Positions 9,483 through 17,783 of a DNA stretch of 41,550 bases are shown here, one piece after another. A program made the translations under genes and the position numbers. The stretch is from a virus, in the IMG/VR virus record IMGVR_UViG_3300034236_000021. One strand, given 5' to 3'. Every line of letters begins with the position of its first letter. Position 1 is the first letter of the stretch. The notes under the pieces are model-generated. The model searched no databases, was not told the DNA's origin, and saw nothing but the letters and a program-made list of their open reading frames with translations.

Positions 9483-9830
9483 TCACTGCTGCTTCTCCTC
9501 TACTGAAGCGACGCTTCTAGGGTCGTGTATGCCAACATAAAGTGGTGTAGTCGCCCAATGCTCGCGCCCTCTGCCATATCCAATCCAATCCCTTTGCATA
9601 ATTGGCGCTGATGAACCGTCTTGTGTATATAAGAATGTCTTTCTGTCAACTGCGGCAAACGCTAGCTCATAATCGTGATAACCATTACGTACTTCACTCA
9701 CAACATCACCTTCACAACAGTCATCGTAAGTCTTAACAGGGGGCCTTAGCAGTCTGATCTGCTGTAGCGGTTCAGGTAGCTGTACCGTATGCCCCTTGTG
9801 CCAGCCATCAAGAACAATGCAAGTAACCAT
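9483..9830 (-). CDS. Hypothetical protein (115 aa)
   Basis: ORF abutting the upstream gene (9831). No recognised domain. Confidence 0.6.
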   Translation of the reverse strand: MVTCIVLDGWHKGHTVQLPEPLQQIRLLRPPVKTYDDCCEGDVVSEVRNGYHDYELAFAAVDRKTFLYTQDGSSAPIMQRDWIGYGRGREHWATTPLYVGIHDPRSVASVEEKQQ

Positions 9831-10208
9831 CTATTCGCTCTCCTCTACTGGCAGGTGGGAGGCTAGGTAGGCTATACGATCTTTGGCTACGACCATTTGC
9901 TGGAGCATTCCCTGCCAATATGGAATTACGTAACCACTATAGCCAGAACCGTCCTCCTCTTCGCGCCCAGCCACGTTCCACTCTCTTTCCTCGCCCCATA
10001 AAGCTTTTGCGAACTCATGGCTGAACATCATGCCATACCAAGAATGTTCGCCCAGCGGCGCTATGTCTTTATAGCGGAAGATGACGCGTGTTCTTGATAT
10101 ATCCCATGCAAGCATCGAGGAGTCTATGCCCTCGTAAGGTTGCCATCCATTACTAATAGCCTTCTTTATAGCACGCCCTAATATGGCTTTGTGGTCTTGG
10201 TTGGTCAT
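9831..10208 (-). CDS. Hypothetical protein (125 aa)
   Basis: ORF coupled to 10205..10447 by a 4-nt overlap. Confidence 0.6.
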   Translation of the reverse strand: MTNQDHKAILGRAIKKAISNGWQPYEGIDSSMLAWDISRTRVIFRYKDIAPLGEHSWYGMMFSHEFAKALWGEEREWNVAGREEEDGSGYSGYVIPYWQGMLQQMVVAKDRIAYLASHLPVEESE

Positions 10209-10447
10209 GCGATACCTTTCGTAAGTAATATAGGAGGGTTGAGCAGTACTTGAGGCGAGTAATAGCCACGTAAGTCTAGCCGCTTAAACATGTGCTGGGC
10301 GTTGGCGTAAGCAATGCCTCTTTCTAAAGTTGGCTTTGTCTTTGGGTTCATGCGCAAGAACCTACCTTTGTTATCCCAGCGTGAATAACCTACTTTGATG
10401 CGCTTGTCGTAGACTATCTTTATTCCCGTTAGTGGATCTGTTTTCAC
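10205..10447 (-). CDS. Hypothetical protein (80 aa)
   Basis: GTG start preceded by AGGGGG. Confidence 0.55.
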   Translation of the reverse strand: MKTDPLTGIKIVYDKRIKVGYSRWDNKGRFLRMNPKTKPTLERGIAYANAQHMFKRLDLRGYYSPQVLLNPPILLTKGIA

Positions 10448-10510
10448 CTACAACCCCCTAACCTTATTAAGATCATCAACCACTATTACGGTTACTTCTA
10501 TGTCGTCCAT
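10448..10510 (-). CDS. Possible 20-aa leader ORF (MDDIEVTVIVVDDLNKVRGL)
   Basis: ATG at 10510 with AAAGGTGGG upstream. Its stop abuts the GTG of the next gene. Below the track size cutoff. Confidence 0.3.
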   Translation of the reverse strand: MDDIEVTVIVVDDLNKVRGL

Positions 10511-10540
10511 GATTGCCCACCTTTGTTAGTAACTTTTGAT

Positions 10541-10770
10541 ATGACAAATAAGCCTGCTGAGGCTTTGACTGCTCACCTACGAGCTTCTCTTGGGTATTAG
10601 TCTCCATCAGAGGCCCATGGATAGTCCACGGGCCGTGTGGGTGGGTACCTTGCATGGTTGAGTACTAAAAACTTGAGGTTCCTAGCATACTGCAAAGTCA
10701 TGAATCCAACGTACTAGACACGTGCCGAAGCAACGAGCCTCTGATGGTTACTAATTGCCTTAAACTTTAT
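10541..10770 (-). ncRNA. Candidate structured RNA between two minus-strand hairpin/T-run elements
   Basis: 11-bp long-range helix ccatcagaggc (10604-10614) / gcctctgatgg (10737-10747). Internal hairpins, including a UUCG-type loop (gcttcggc). Ends at AAGCCT-CAGC-AGGCTT-ATTTGT (10550-10565). No convincing ORF. Confidence 0.25.
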
Positions 10771-10808
10771 ACAAAAGAAAAAGGCGTCAACAGTAATTGC
10801 TAACGCCT
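10771..10808 (-). terminator. Intrinsic terminator (minus strand)
   Basis: Minus strand reads AGGCGT-15 nt loop-ACGCCT followed by TTTTTCTTTTGT. Confidence 0.5.
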
Positions 10809-10846
10809 CAAGTTGCTTGCATCATAGCATATTTAAGGGGTAATTG

Positions 10847-10978
10847 CTAGGGGCTACTACCATCTACACAACTACACCCTTCAACTTGCTCCGGTATATC
10901 TGGAGTGTTGAAGGGTACTAGGTGACCATCTACTATTTTGTAGATTGTTTTGGGTTTCTCTTTACGGAAGGGGGGCAT
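10847..10978 (-). CDS. Possible small protein (43 aa, MPPFRKEKPKTIYKIVDGHLVPF...)
   Basis: ATG sits 6 nt after TACAAT (leaderless geometry). The AGGAGG is 16 nt upstream, which is too far. Weak call. Confidence 0.3.
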   Translation of the reverse strand: MPPFRKEKPKTIYKIVDGHLVPFNTPDIPEQVEGCSCVDGSSP

Positions 10979-10999
10979 GTAGGTATTGTACTATGCCTC

Positions 11000-11092
11000 C
11001 TAGAATGGGTTATGTTTGCTGCGATAGCCAATCCACCATGGGCTGCAAATTCTAAAGCACCGTTTAGCATAGCAAAATATACTTGGCTTCAT
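11000..11092 (-). CDS. Possible small Cys-rich protein (30 aa)
   Basis: ATGA overlap with the stop of 11089..11427. MKPSIFCYAKRCFRICSPWW... Confidence 0.3.
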   Translation of the reverse strand: MKPSIFCYAKRCFRICSPWWIGYRSKHNPF

Positions 11093-11427
11093 TGTTTCTC
11101 CTTCTCTGCCTGGGACTTTAGTAGGCCGCGAATGTAATGCAATGGCACTGCCTCATAAGCCGGTGCTGGTTGATTTATCTTCGCTGCCCTATCGATAACT
11201 TTTTTATCCCACGCTTGTACGACCCTACTCTCTAATTCTTCCAGTAGTCTCTCCCTCTCTGCTTTAATGGCCGCTGAAATGGTAGTGCCGAGGCTAAGCT
11301 CTAATTCCTCTCGACTAACAATCAAGAAATCGCTAGGGCCGCCTGCATCTAAGTAAGCGTCCATGGTCTTATGTGCAGCTTCTCGTATCTCCCCCATAGG
11401 AGCGGTGGAGGGGTCAGGGCTACTCAT
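11089..11427 (-). CDS. Hypothetical protein (112 aa)
   Basis: ORF in a translationally coupled chain. Confidence 0.6.
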   Translation of the reverse strand: MSSPDPSTAPMGEIREAAHKTMDAYLDAGGPSDFLIVSREELELSLGTTISAAIKAERERLLEELESRVVQAWDKKVIDRAAKINQPAPAYEAVPLHYIRGLLKSQAEKEKQ

Positions 11428-11561
11428 ATCTTCCCATCCTTTCTCTTTTGCTTATATGTATGCCAAGCGTCAGCAGTCCATTTCCATAACCACACCGGCT
11501 TACCAGATTTGGAGCGGTTTTGCGTAGTACCGTTGCTGAATCTGAATCTACGTTTGCTCAT
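11424..11561 (-). CDS. Small basic protein (45 aa, MSKRRFRFSNGTTQNRSKSGKPVWLWKW...)
   Basis: ATGA overlaps at both ends, with 11558..11917 upstream and 11427 downstream. Fills an otherwise empty gap. Confidence 0.55.
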   Translation of the reverse strand: MSKRRFRFSNGTTQNRSKSGKPVWLWKWTADAWHTYKQKRKDGKI

Positions 11562-11917
11562 ACTTTCTTCTCCATATCTTTGAGTTGTTGCTGAAGCTCG
11601 GCTTGACGCTTACTTACGCGGCCTATCGGCACTCCAGAAACTACTTCACCATGTATTTCGGCTATCATAAGAGGGCGCCCAAAGTGATAGTTGTTTTCAT
11701 CAATCCGTGCTTTGAGCGCCCGTTCTGCTACAAGGGCTTCCGCTGCCTCACGCATTATTGTCTCCAGCTGATCAGCATACCATTGTGTGCTATCCATCTC
11801 AGGTGGTATTAGGTAGGTAACATCAGAATCAAGGAGGGTGACTATTTTAGCGCGCATTGCGGCTAAAGGCTCCTCCCTACTTTGAGGCTCGGCTGGTTGC
11901 TGGGGTTGGGCGGTCAT
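11558..11917 (-). CDS. Hypothetical protein (119 aa)
   Basis: ORF with a 4-nt overlap to the upstream gene. Confidence 0.6.
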   Translation of the reverse strand: MTAQPQQPAEPQSREEPLAAMRAKIVTLLDSDVTYLIPPEMDSTQWYADQLETIMREAAEALVAERALKARIDENNYHFGRPLMIAEIHGEVVSGVPIGRVSKRQAELQQQLKDMEKKV

Positions 11918-12270
11918 GATTGCCCCTCAATTTGTAACTGAGATAGTTCCATCGTAGGTATGGCAGTTAGCAAACCTTTGACTACAAAAATCCCTAGGTT
12001 GCGAATGAACCATTGCACAGCATAGGTACGCAGCTCGTCGCCCTCAAGAGGCTCTAAGCACTGGCTGTGTTTCTCCCAGTCATAACGATAATAGTAAGAC
12101 TTCCCACTCCGAGAGTGCTGGTTGCCGTATTTGCTGTATTGCTCGATCACCTCTGGCAGGCTTATGGTGTCACCAGCCTTATGCTTGCTAACGATGAAGC
12201 CATATAAATGCGCTTGTCCCGGTCGCAATTTAACACTTGGCGTTAAGGCTAGCGTTAATGACTTTTTCAT
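11914..12270 (-). CDS. Hypothetical protein (118 aa)
   Basis: ORF with a 4-nt overlap to the upstream gene. Confidence 0.6.
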   Translation of the reverse strand: MKKSLTLALTPSVKLRPGQAHLYGFIVSKHKAGDTISLPEVIEQYSKYGNQHSRSGKSYYYRYDWEKHSQCLEPLEGDELRTYAVQWFIRNLGIFVVKGLLTAIPTMELSQLQIEGQS

Positions 12271-12530
12271 ACCCCCTCCGCATCTGTCTCTTGGACGGGG
12301 GCAGCCTTGGCCAGCTCTTTAGCGTATTCCTCGATAAAGTCTGCCATCCGCTTTTTGTAATCGTCATAGGTTCGGGCGTTCTGCGTCAGCTTGACAACCT
12401 CGGTTGAAAACTCGTCCTCGTCAATCTCGCCTGATATGACCTTTTGCACAACTGGCAGAAACTGGTTGGCGTTGTCGAAGATGTCCTTAGTGAATGTCTC
12501 GCGCCACTTTTCTAGCTCGTATCGTGTCAT
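12267..12530 (-). CDS. Hypothetical protein (87 aa)
   Basis: ORF abutting 12531. Confidence 0.6.
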   Translation of the reverse strand: MTRYELEKWRETFTKDIFDNANQFLPVVQKVISGEIDEDEFSTEVVKLTQNARTYDDYKKRMADFIEEYAKELAKAAPVQETDAEGV

Positions 12531-12716
12531 CTATTTATCCTCCCCTATGCTCGTTTGATCAGGGGTAGAGTCTCTCTTAATTTCACATTCAGGACATGTA
12601 ACTTTAGTATGATCTGTTAGCTCACGTGCTATTGCAGCATCGAAATCAAGTTTTCCGAGGTACTTTTTGCAAGTATCGCAGTGAAGCATAACTGTAAGTA
12701 CCATATAAACTGCCAT
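12531..12716 (-). CDS. Small zinc-ribbon protein (61 aa)
   Basis: CDTC...CPEC cysteine pairs. Confidence 0.55.
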   Translation of the reverse strand: MAVYMVLTVMLHCDTCKKYLGKLDFDAAIARELTDHTKVTCPECEIKRDSTPDQTSIGEDK

Positions 12717-12748
12717 TTATTTATCCTCCATAAGTGTATTAGTAGTTA

Positions 12749-13024
12749 TTAGGAGTCAAACTCGCCATCTTGCATACGACTATCCACGTCCGTCAGCTCA
12801 ACTGCTATCAAGTCGTTGTGCATATCCATCTTGGGGAAGGTAGCCTTTGTAGCAAAATCGTGGTAATGACCATTTCGGCAACGTTCAATAATCTTCTTGT
12901 ACCTCACTGCATCTTTGGCCTCTAGCTCCTTGGCTAGAGCAAAAAGCTTCTGATGCGCTTCGTCACCAATCGTGTCTTGGCGCATCTGATCTTCAAATTT
13001 GTCAAACGCATCCTTTGCGCTCAT
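12749..13024 (-). CDS. Hypothetical protein (91 aa)
   Basis: ORF with a 4-nt overlap to the upstream gene. Confidence 0.6.
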   Translation of the reverse strand: MSAKDAFDKFEDQMRQDTIGDEAHQKLFALAKELEAKDAVRYKKIIERCRNGHYHDFATKATFPKMDMHNDLIAVELTDVDSRMQDGEFDS

Positions 13025-13530
13025 AGCTCACCGCCTTGGCGAAGCCGCTCTAGCGCTGATTGCTCATCTGGCAGAAAGTCTACCTGCTCATAGTTCTGGT
13101 CCGAGTCGTCTAAAGCGCAATCACCTCGCGTTTTGTGTTGGTCGCAGAACACTCGATAGAGGTTCCAGTCGTAGAGCGTTTCAGGGTCACCCCTATCCGT
13201 GAAGCCACGTAGACGCTTATACTTAACGTCAGCAATTTCTGCACAGGACTCCTGATCGCATAGGTAGGAATCGTCAGGTCGAGTATAGCCTTCGCCATTT
13301 TCGCGCCAGCAAACAAGTGCCCCATCTAGGTATCGCATTGCTGTGTCCACATCGCTGAAGGTCATAGTCTTTATCCTATGGCCCTTGTAATAAAGGTCGG
13401 CAGCAGCGCACACTCGCCACTCATCACCAGAGAGCTCTGACTCTTTATAGCGGGGTACCGTGTAGATGTCTACCTTGTCATAGCGTTGCCCGTCTGGGCG
13501 GCTTGCTTTGTTTTGTATAACTTTGCTCAT
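13021..13530 (-). CDS. Hypothetical Cys-rich protein (169 aa)
   Basis: Track ORF trimmed to ATG 13530 (MSKVIQNK...). GAAGGAAG RBS and ATGA overlap with the stop of 13527..13781. Confidence 0.6.
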   Translation of the reverse strand: MSKVIQNKASRPDGQRYDKVDIYTVPRYKESELSGDEWRVCAAADLYYKGHRIKTMTFSDVDTAMRYLDGALVCWRENGEGYTRPDDSYLCDQESCAEIADVKYKRLRGFTDRGDPETLYDWNLYRVFCDQHKTRGDCALDDSDQNYEQVDFLPDEQSALERLRQGGEL

Positions 13531-13781
13531 AAATCTTCCTTCTGCTTCAATGCTTTTAGTACTCGCTTGGCTTTCTGTCGCCACTGGTCAGGCGCATGAG
13601 TCCTGGCGTAGTGCTGATTAAACCCAGTACTAAAGCCGTCATACCGGCAATCTTTAATCGGGCATCTGACACGCTTATAGCCATAATCTGACATGTATAC
13701 GACAGCCGCAGGAAAGTTATGGTACTGATTAGGCACAGCCCATTCTTTACCGATTCGCTTTTCTACAGCTTCGCTAGACAC
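13527..13781 (-). CDS. Small C2H2-like zinc-finger protein (84 aa)
   Basis: CPIKDC-x12-HYARTH spacing. GTG start preceded by GAGGGAGGGG. Confidence 0.55.
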   Translation of the reverse strand: MSSEAVEKRIGKEWAVPNQYHNFPAAVVYMSDYGYKRVRCPIKDCRYDGFSTGFNQHYARTHAPDQWRQKAKRVLKALKQKEDL

Positions 13782-13992
13782 TTGCCCCTCCCTCTGGCTG
13801 TATGGAGTCCTCGGAGACGGTCATACTAACAGCTCCATTCTCCGCACCTCGTGTAGTAGTGGTCATGATATGGGTATCTCCCTTACAAATTCCTTATGTT
13901 GAGTACAGTACATTTCAGCTTTGCCACAGTACGCGCCACGAACCATCTTGTTAACTAGTCTGCATCGGGCGTGCCTCCAGACTTGGGCTACG

Positions 13993-14181
13993 CTACTTCT
14001 CCTCATAATGAGCCTCACAAAACATAGCCTCATCACGGAAGTCACGCACGCTGTCTTCAATCTGTTTACTGATACCGGGCTTAGTTGGCCCCTGGAACAT
14101 GTCGATGCTCTCATGAAACTCGCGTATCTCTGTCGTAGGTAGTTGGCATGTGGCGCACTTTCCATATTTTTTAATGGTCAC
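13993..14181 (-). CDS. Small zinc-ribbon-like protein (62 aa)
   Basis: GKCATCQ...FCEAH. Preferred over the overlapping 13863..14165 frame. Confidence 0.5.
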   Translation of the reverse strand: MTIKKYGKCATCQLPTTEIREFHESIDMFQGPTKPGISKQIEDSVRDFRDEAMFCEAHYEEK

Positions 14182-14503
14182 TTCTTTCTCCTTCGTTCAA
14201 GTCCATATGCTTAAGTACGCAGTAAGACCCCATACCTTGAGCGTCATAATGAATATTTACTCTGCTGAGTAATGGGTAGTCTGTGTCGTACGTAAGATTC
14301 ATTGGCTCTGCGTGGTGGCAAAGCTTACAGGCACGGATAATGAGGTAGCGCATCTTCATGGCGTTACTGTTCTGTGTATCGTAGATGCGGGCCATAACTG
14401 ACTGATGTTTCTGACGAGGTTTAGCAGCCTCTACGATACGAGTGTTTTTCCGTGCCTTTATTTGCTCAGCTGCGAGCCTTACGTGCTCTATGCCTTTTGG
14501 CAT
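14171..14503 (-). CDS. Hypothetical protein (110 aa)
   Basis: Start moved to ATG 14503 (MPKGIEHV...) with GGAGG 10 nt upstream. TAATG overlap with 14503..14724. Confidence 0.55.
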   Translation of the reverse strand: MPKGIEHVRLAAEQIKARKNTRIVEAAKPRQKHQSVMARIYDTQNSNAMKMRYLIIRACKLCHHAEPMNLTYDTDYPLLSRVNIHYDAQGMGSYCVLKHMDLNEGERSDH

Positions 14504-14724
14504 TACAGTAATACCTCCATCCACTCACTTATGTTTTCGACTATCCAAGCGAAGGCGAAGGTAAGCGGCCTTGGTAGTACGAATAATCCAAGTGAGCACC
14601 CGATAATTGCGACTCCCATAAGCTGCCAAAGACGCCTTTTTATTCGCTCTATTCTTTTTCTTCCTGGGAAGAAGCCGACCACGCTTAATGTGTCCGGCCT
14701 CTTCGTAATTGCTGGGCCATCCAT
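14503..14724 (-). CDS. Small membrane protein (73 aa)
   Basis: AAGGTGGA RBS. One TM segment LWQLMGVAIIGCSLGLFVLP. Coupled to the next gene. Preferred over the alternative frame 14525..14755. Confidence 0.5.
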   Translation of the reverse strand: MDGPAITKRPDTLSVVGFFPGRKRIERIKRRLWQLMGVAIIGCSLGLFVLPRPLTFAFAWIVENISEWMEVLL

Positions 14725-14744
14725 GTAAATCCACCTTTAGCCTT

Positions 14745-14945
14745 TTATTTTTCATTCATCTTTGTCCGGCGGCTTTTAAGTCCTCCGATTCGGCCAGCTC
14801 GACTCGCCAACTCCCTGTTAGCAAAGAAGCCTCCAGTACGGCCGTTTTTCCCGCCGGTAGTGCCGATAACCTTAAAAAAGTTCTCACCGTACTTTGCTTT
14901 TATAGTGGCTTGGGCCTTAGCTGCGCCTTCTTTTGTCCCGGCCAC
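14745..14945 (-). CDS. KGG-repeat (YciG/GsiB-like) stress-protein homologue (66 aa)
   Basis: GGKNGRTGGFFANRELASRAGRIGGLKS matches the KGG stress-repeat pattern (GG..G.F....E.A..AG..GG). GTG start with AAGGGGG. Confidence 0.55.
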   Translation of the reverse strand: MAGTKEGAAKAQATIKAKYGENFFKVIGTTGGKNGRTGGFFANRELASRAGRIGGLKSRRTKMNEK

Positions 14946-14946
14946 C

Positions 14947-15177
14947 TTAGGCCCCCTTTACTGAATGTTTATTAATAAGGGAGTTGAGCTGAGAAATTCG
15001 TAAGTTATCTAGAGCCCTATTACTCGGCATTTTCTTAAGCCTTACCCCTGCCTTGCGTAACATATTGGCTCGTGCAGAACACGCAGCCTTGGTCATTTTT
15101 GTGTCTCGTATTACATCTTCTAGTGATGACGAAGTAGTCCAAGCTACTACGAAATCTTCGTGGCTAACTAAGGCCAT
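14947..15177 (-). CDS. Small putative HTH DNA-binding protein (76 aa)
   Basis: FVVAWTTSSSLEDVIRDTKMTKAACSARANMLRKAGVRLKKM resembles small phage HTH proteins. Confidence 0.45.
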   Translation of the reverse strand: MALVSHEDFVVAWTTSSSLEDVIRDTKMTKAACSARANMLRKAGVRLKKMPSNRALDNLRISQLNSLINKHSVKGA

Positions 15178-15239
15178 AATTACTCTCCTTGTTATAAAAA
15201 ACGGCCCTAGGCCGCATATTGTTATTTACGCTTGGCTGA

Positions 15240-15824
15240 TCAAGCTTTTTTAATTCGTTTGATTTGAGCTGCTCGGCGCGCTGGTGTCCATCCTGATTTC
15301 TTAGTAACGGCGGGCGTGGCGGTCTTGGCCTTAGCAGGCTTGTTCTTTTGCATGAACGCCTTGTATGCTTCTAGCTCTTCAGAGGTTAACCACTCTGGGG
15401 CTGCCTTGAAAACTTCTATGAACCACTTAGGCTGTTCTTCTACAATTGAGCGCTTGGCTATGCTGATACTAAATGAGGGGTCTAGGCTATGTGTCTCAGC
15501 ATTTAACAGGGTGTATGGCTGTGTACCGTCATCGCATTGCTCTTGTAGGATTGCGCCCTTTTTCATAGTTGGGCTATCTTTGATTAATTTAAATGTACGT
15601 CGTGTCACTGATTTATCCCCATTATTTGTTGTTACAAGTTCTAGTTCGTTATCGTTCCATTCAGAATCGTCCTCATTTAACCGATAGGGGTAGGCACGGC
15701 CATAATCCGCACTGGTAATCTTATATGGTGACTTCAGTTCACCCACGTGGTAGCATGGAATGCCCTCCCCATGAATGTCACACCTTTTTATCGTGACTTC
15801 ATCGCCTACCTTAAACTTACTCAT
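15240..15824 (-). CDS. Hypothetical protein (194 aa), N-terminal KOW/SH3-like motif, basic tail
   Basis: MSKFKVGDEVTI is shared in style with 18571..19023 (MAKFKKGDRVRI). Confidence 0.6.
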   Translation of the reverse strand: MSKFKVGDEVTIKRCDIHGEGIPCYHVGELKSPYKITSADYGRAYPYRLNEDDSEWNDNELELVTTNNGDKSVTRRTFKLIKDSPTMKKGAILQEQCDDGTQPYTLLNAETHSLDPSFSISIAKRSIVEEQPKWFIEVFKAAPEWLTSEELEAYKAFMQKNKPAKAKTATPAVTKKSGWTPARRAAQIKRIKKA

Positions 15825-15839
15825 TGCATTTCTCCTCTG

Positions 15840-16220
15840 TTAATATCTCTGTCGTTGTTTTACTACTGTGTATGTATGATCTAAATTGAATGGCAGCCAG
15901 AACGTCTCTAGCCACTTACGGCGCATCTTATAATCCGCAGTCTCGACCCCTTTCGCCTCCATGAGTTCAAAGCTTCCGTCCTTGTGATGGATACGAAAAT
16001 CTACTTTATGGCTGACCTTCATGGCCTTTTTGCCGTTCTGGTCATAGGCCCACATTTCAACTTTGAACTGAGTATCGTAGTCCAGAATGTCTTTAGCCTT
16101 CTTACGCAGTTCTAGCTCTTCAGCTACACAAGCTTCAAATTTAGAGTCATACTTCTTGCCGTTAAACTCAGTCCTTTTTGCGCCATATTTGTTCCCAAAT
16201 CTTTGGCTATACATGCTCAT
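15840..16220 (-). CDS. DUF1064-family PD-(D/E)xK nuclease (126 aa)
   Basis: KYGAKRTEFNGKKYDSKFEA...KVDFRI...ELMEAKG fits the DUF1064 pattern common in Firmicutes phages. Confidence 0.7.
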   Translation of the reverse strand: MSMYSQRFGNKYGAKRTEFNGKKYDSKFEACVAEELELRKKAKDILDYDTQFKVEMWAYDQNGKKAMKVSHKVDFRIHHKDGSFELMEAKGVETADYKMRRKWLETFWLPFNLDHTYTVVKQRQRY

Positions 16221-16353
16221 GCCTCACCGGCTGATCAGTAACTGAACAGCGTAGTGTGCCATACCCTAGATCATCTATGTATGTTGGCTGATGATGCTTT
16301 GGGCATATAGCGCCTGTTTTTATTAGATACCAGAGTTTTAACTTGGCTATCAT
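16207..16353 (-). CDS. Possible small protein (48 aa)
   Basis: ATGA overlap with the stop of 16350..16601. Fills the gap. 14-nt overlap with the DUF1064 start. Confidence 0.4.
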   Translation of the reverse strand: MIAKLKLWYLIKTGAICPKHHQPTYIDDLGYGTLRCSVTDQPVRHEHV

Positions 16354-16601
16354 TCGGCGTCCCTTAACAGCTCTGTGAACACATCCGAGCTTTCATATTC
16401 AGGACGCTCACCCTTATAGGAGTATTCCCATAATCCATCTTTAATATGGCTGGAAACGATTAAGTGACCCTCGTCACGGAGTTCTTTAATGCGGGCACTA
16501 TACCGGAAGCATATTTTGTTAAGCTCACGATTGGTAACCCTGTTTTGGTTTTTGAGCATGCGTAAGATACGCGCGGTCTGCGCTTCCTTCGTTATGGCCA
16601 T
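16350..16601 (-). CDS. Winged-helix DNA-binding protein (83 aa)
   Basis: ILRMLKNQNRVTNRELNKICFRYSARIKELRDEGHLI has a wHTH-like pattern. Confidence 0.55.
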   Translation of the reverse strand: MAITKEAQTARILRMLKNQNRVTNRELNKICFRYSARIKELRDEGHLIVSSHIKDGLWEYSYKGERPEYESSDVFTELLRDAE

Positions 16602-16614
16602 CTTAAACCTCAGT

Positions 16615-16839
16615 CTAGTTATTGACTTTATTTCTCTGCTTTTCAGCCTTGAGCTGTGCCTTTGCCCTGAGCTTATCGGCTGTATGGAAATCCTCTATAT
16701 TAGAGATGTGCATCTCGACTATTTCGCCGGTTTTCTTGTTGGTAGCTCTAATAACAGGAAATAGTGACAGCTCGGGCTTAAGGTCATTCTTAGTCAGGTA
16801 ATGATTAATCGCGCGCCATTGCTTAGGTGAATAGCTCAT
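16615..16839 (-). CDS. Hypothetical protein (74 aa)
   Basis: Start trimmed to ATG 16839 (MSYSPKQW...). ATGA overlap with the stop of 16836..17063. Confidence 0.55.
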   Translation of the reverse strand: MSYSPKQWRAINHYLTKNDLKPELSLFPVIRATNKKTGEIVEMHISNIEDFHTADKLRAKAQLKAEKQRNKVNN

Positions 16840-17063
16840 CCTAGACACTCCTCGCACGATTCGCAGTCACAGTTGCATATATTGAAATGCTCGCAAGCAT
16901 CATCAGGGTCACCAAGGTCAACAACGAGCTTTAATAACCCGCTGATGTCGTTGGCCTCTTCGATAGCAAACTCTTCACTATTACGAACATTAACCACGAC
17001 AATATCTTTATCAATATTATCTTCCCGCATAAGCACCTGTATTAATGCAGCAGCGGTCATCAC
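16836..17063 (-). CDS. Small acidic Cys-rich protein (75 aa)
   Basis: C-terminal CEHFNICNCDCESCEEC. Confidence 0.55.
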   Translation of the reverse strand: MMTAAALIQVLMREDNIDKDIVVVNVRNSEEFAIEEANDISGLLKLVVDLGDPDDACEHFNICNCDCESCEECLG

Positions 17064-17350
17064 ACATCCCTCGCCAACTCATAAAACGGCCGGTCAATCC
17101 TATCTAAGCCAGGCTTTGTATAGGCAATACGTAGTATTCCTTTGTCTGCCATTTCTTCAAGACGAGCCCCTACTGTTTCTGTGTACTGGCCTACCATAGT
17201 AGCTATGGTGGTTTCACTAGCAGGTCGCTTCAAGATTCTGAAGGCCTGCATGATCTTGATGTAGTTAGTGCGTTTAGCCCTAGATACTGCTTCGTTCTGA
17301 TCTGCTACAACTTCTATCTTTACCCTTTTTAGAAGTTCTAAGTAATTCAT
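17060..17350 (-). CDS. Winged-helix (MarR-like) protein (96 aa)
   Basis: TIATMVGQYTETVGARLEEMADKGILRIAY. Confidence 0.5.
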   Translation of the reverse strand: MNYLELLKRVKIEVVADQNEAVSRAKRTNYIKIMQAFRILKRPASETTIATMVGQYTETVGARLEEMADKGILRIAYTKPGLDRIDRPFYELARDV

Positions 17351-17411
17351 CTTATACCCTTGCTTCTCCGTGTGAACACGGGATTACGCAGTCTTATTAC
17401 CCAATTTTCGT

Positions 17412-17783
17412 TTACCAGTCCTCTGGTTTGATCACGTTGCCTGGAACCTCCCCAGAAAAGTGATTAACCCTATGTACGGCTATATCTAACAGTTCTTTGA
17501 TCTCTCGCTCTTCATATCCAGCAATGCCACAGCCTATTTTGGTTAACAGGAAAGTGAGCTCTGGGTGCCTCTTGGCATAGATCAAGAAATCCTCAAGGTT
17601 ACTCGTCAGCTCAAAGATGCCGCTCATAGTGTCTATGGCATAGCATTGACCAGTCCTACCGCTGCCTACACCCCATTCAGCTCCGAATGATTCATAGGCC
17701 TGCTTAGCTGCTCCTCCCGCATGGTGGCCAGACTTATTGCTTCCAAACACAAATATTTCATTTTTCTCTAGGCTATCTATCAT
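17412..17783 (-). CDS. SLOG/A1S_2505-like phage non-structural protein (123 aa)
   Basis: Motif IFVFGSNKSGHHAGGAAKQA...FGAEWGVGSGRTGQCYAI. 1-nt overlap with the upstream pentapeptide gene. Family call is from memory. Confidence 0.55.
   Translation of the reverse strand: MIDSLEKNEIFVFGSNKSGHHAGGAAKQAYESFGAEWGVGSGRTGQCYAIDTMSGIFELTSNLEDFLIYAKRHPELTFLLTKIGCGIAGYEEREIKELLDIAVHRVNHFSGEVPGNVIKPEDW

Noticed and set aside
10922-11137. 71-aa plus-strand ORF in the 10.5-11.1 kb gap
   Set aside because: GTG start without an RBS, and it is opposite to the operon direction. The minus strand offers small coupled ORFs and a terminator that explain the region better.
13863-14165. 100-aa ORF overlapping 13993..14181
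   Set aside because: As a whole it conflicts with the better zinc-ribbon ORF. Only its C-terminal ~30-47 codons (from about 14006 or 13946 down to 13863, CGKAEMYCTQH...) might be a real small gene. I could not decide on a start, so it is not listed.
14525-14755. 76-aa highly basic ORF overlapping 14503..14724 in another frame
   Set aside because: The competing frame (14503..14724) has an AAGGTGGA RBS, a TM helix, and a TAATG junction with the next gene. This frame overlaps the upstream gene by 11 nt and looks like an out-of-frame Lys/Arg artefact.
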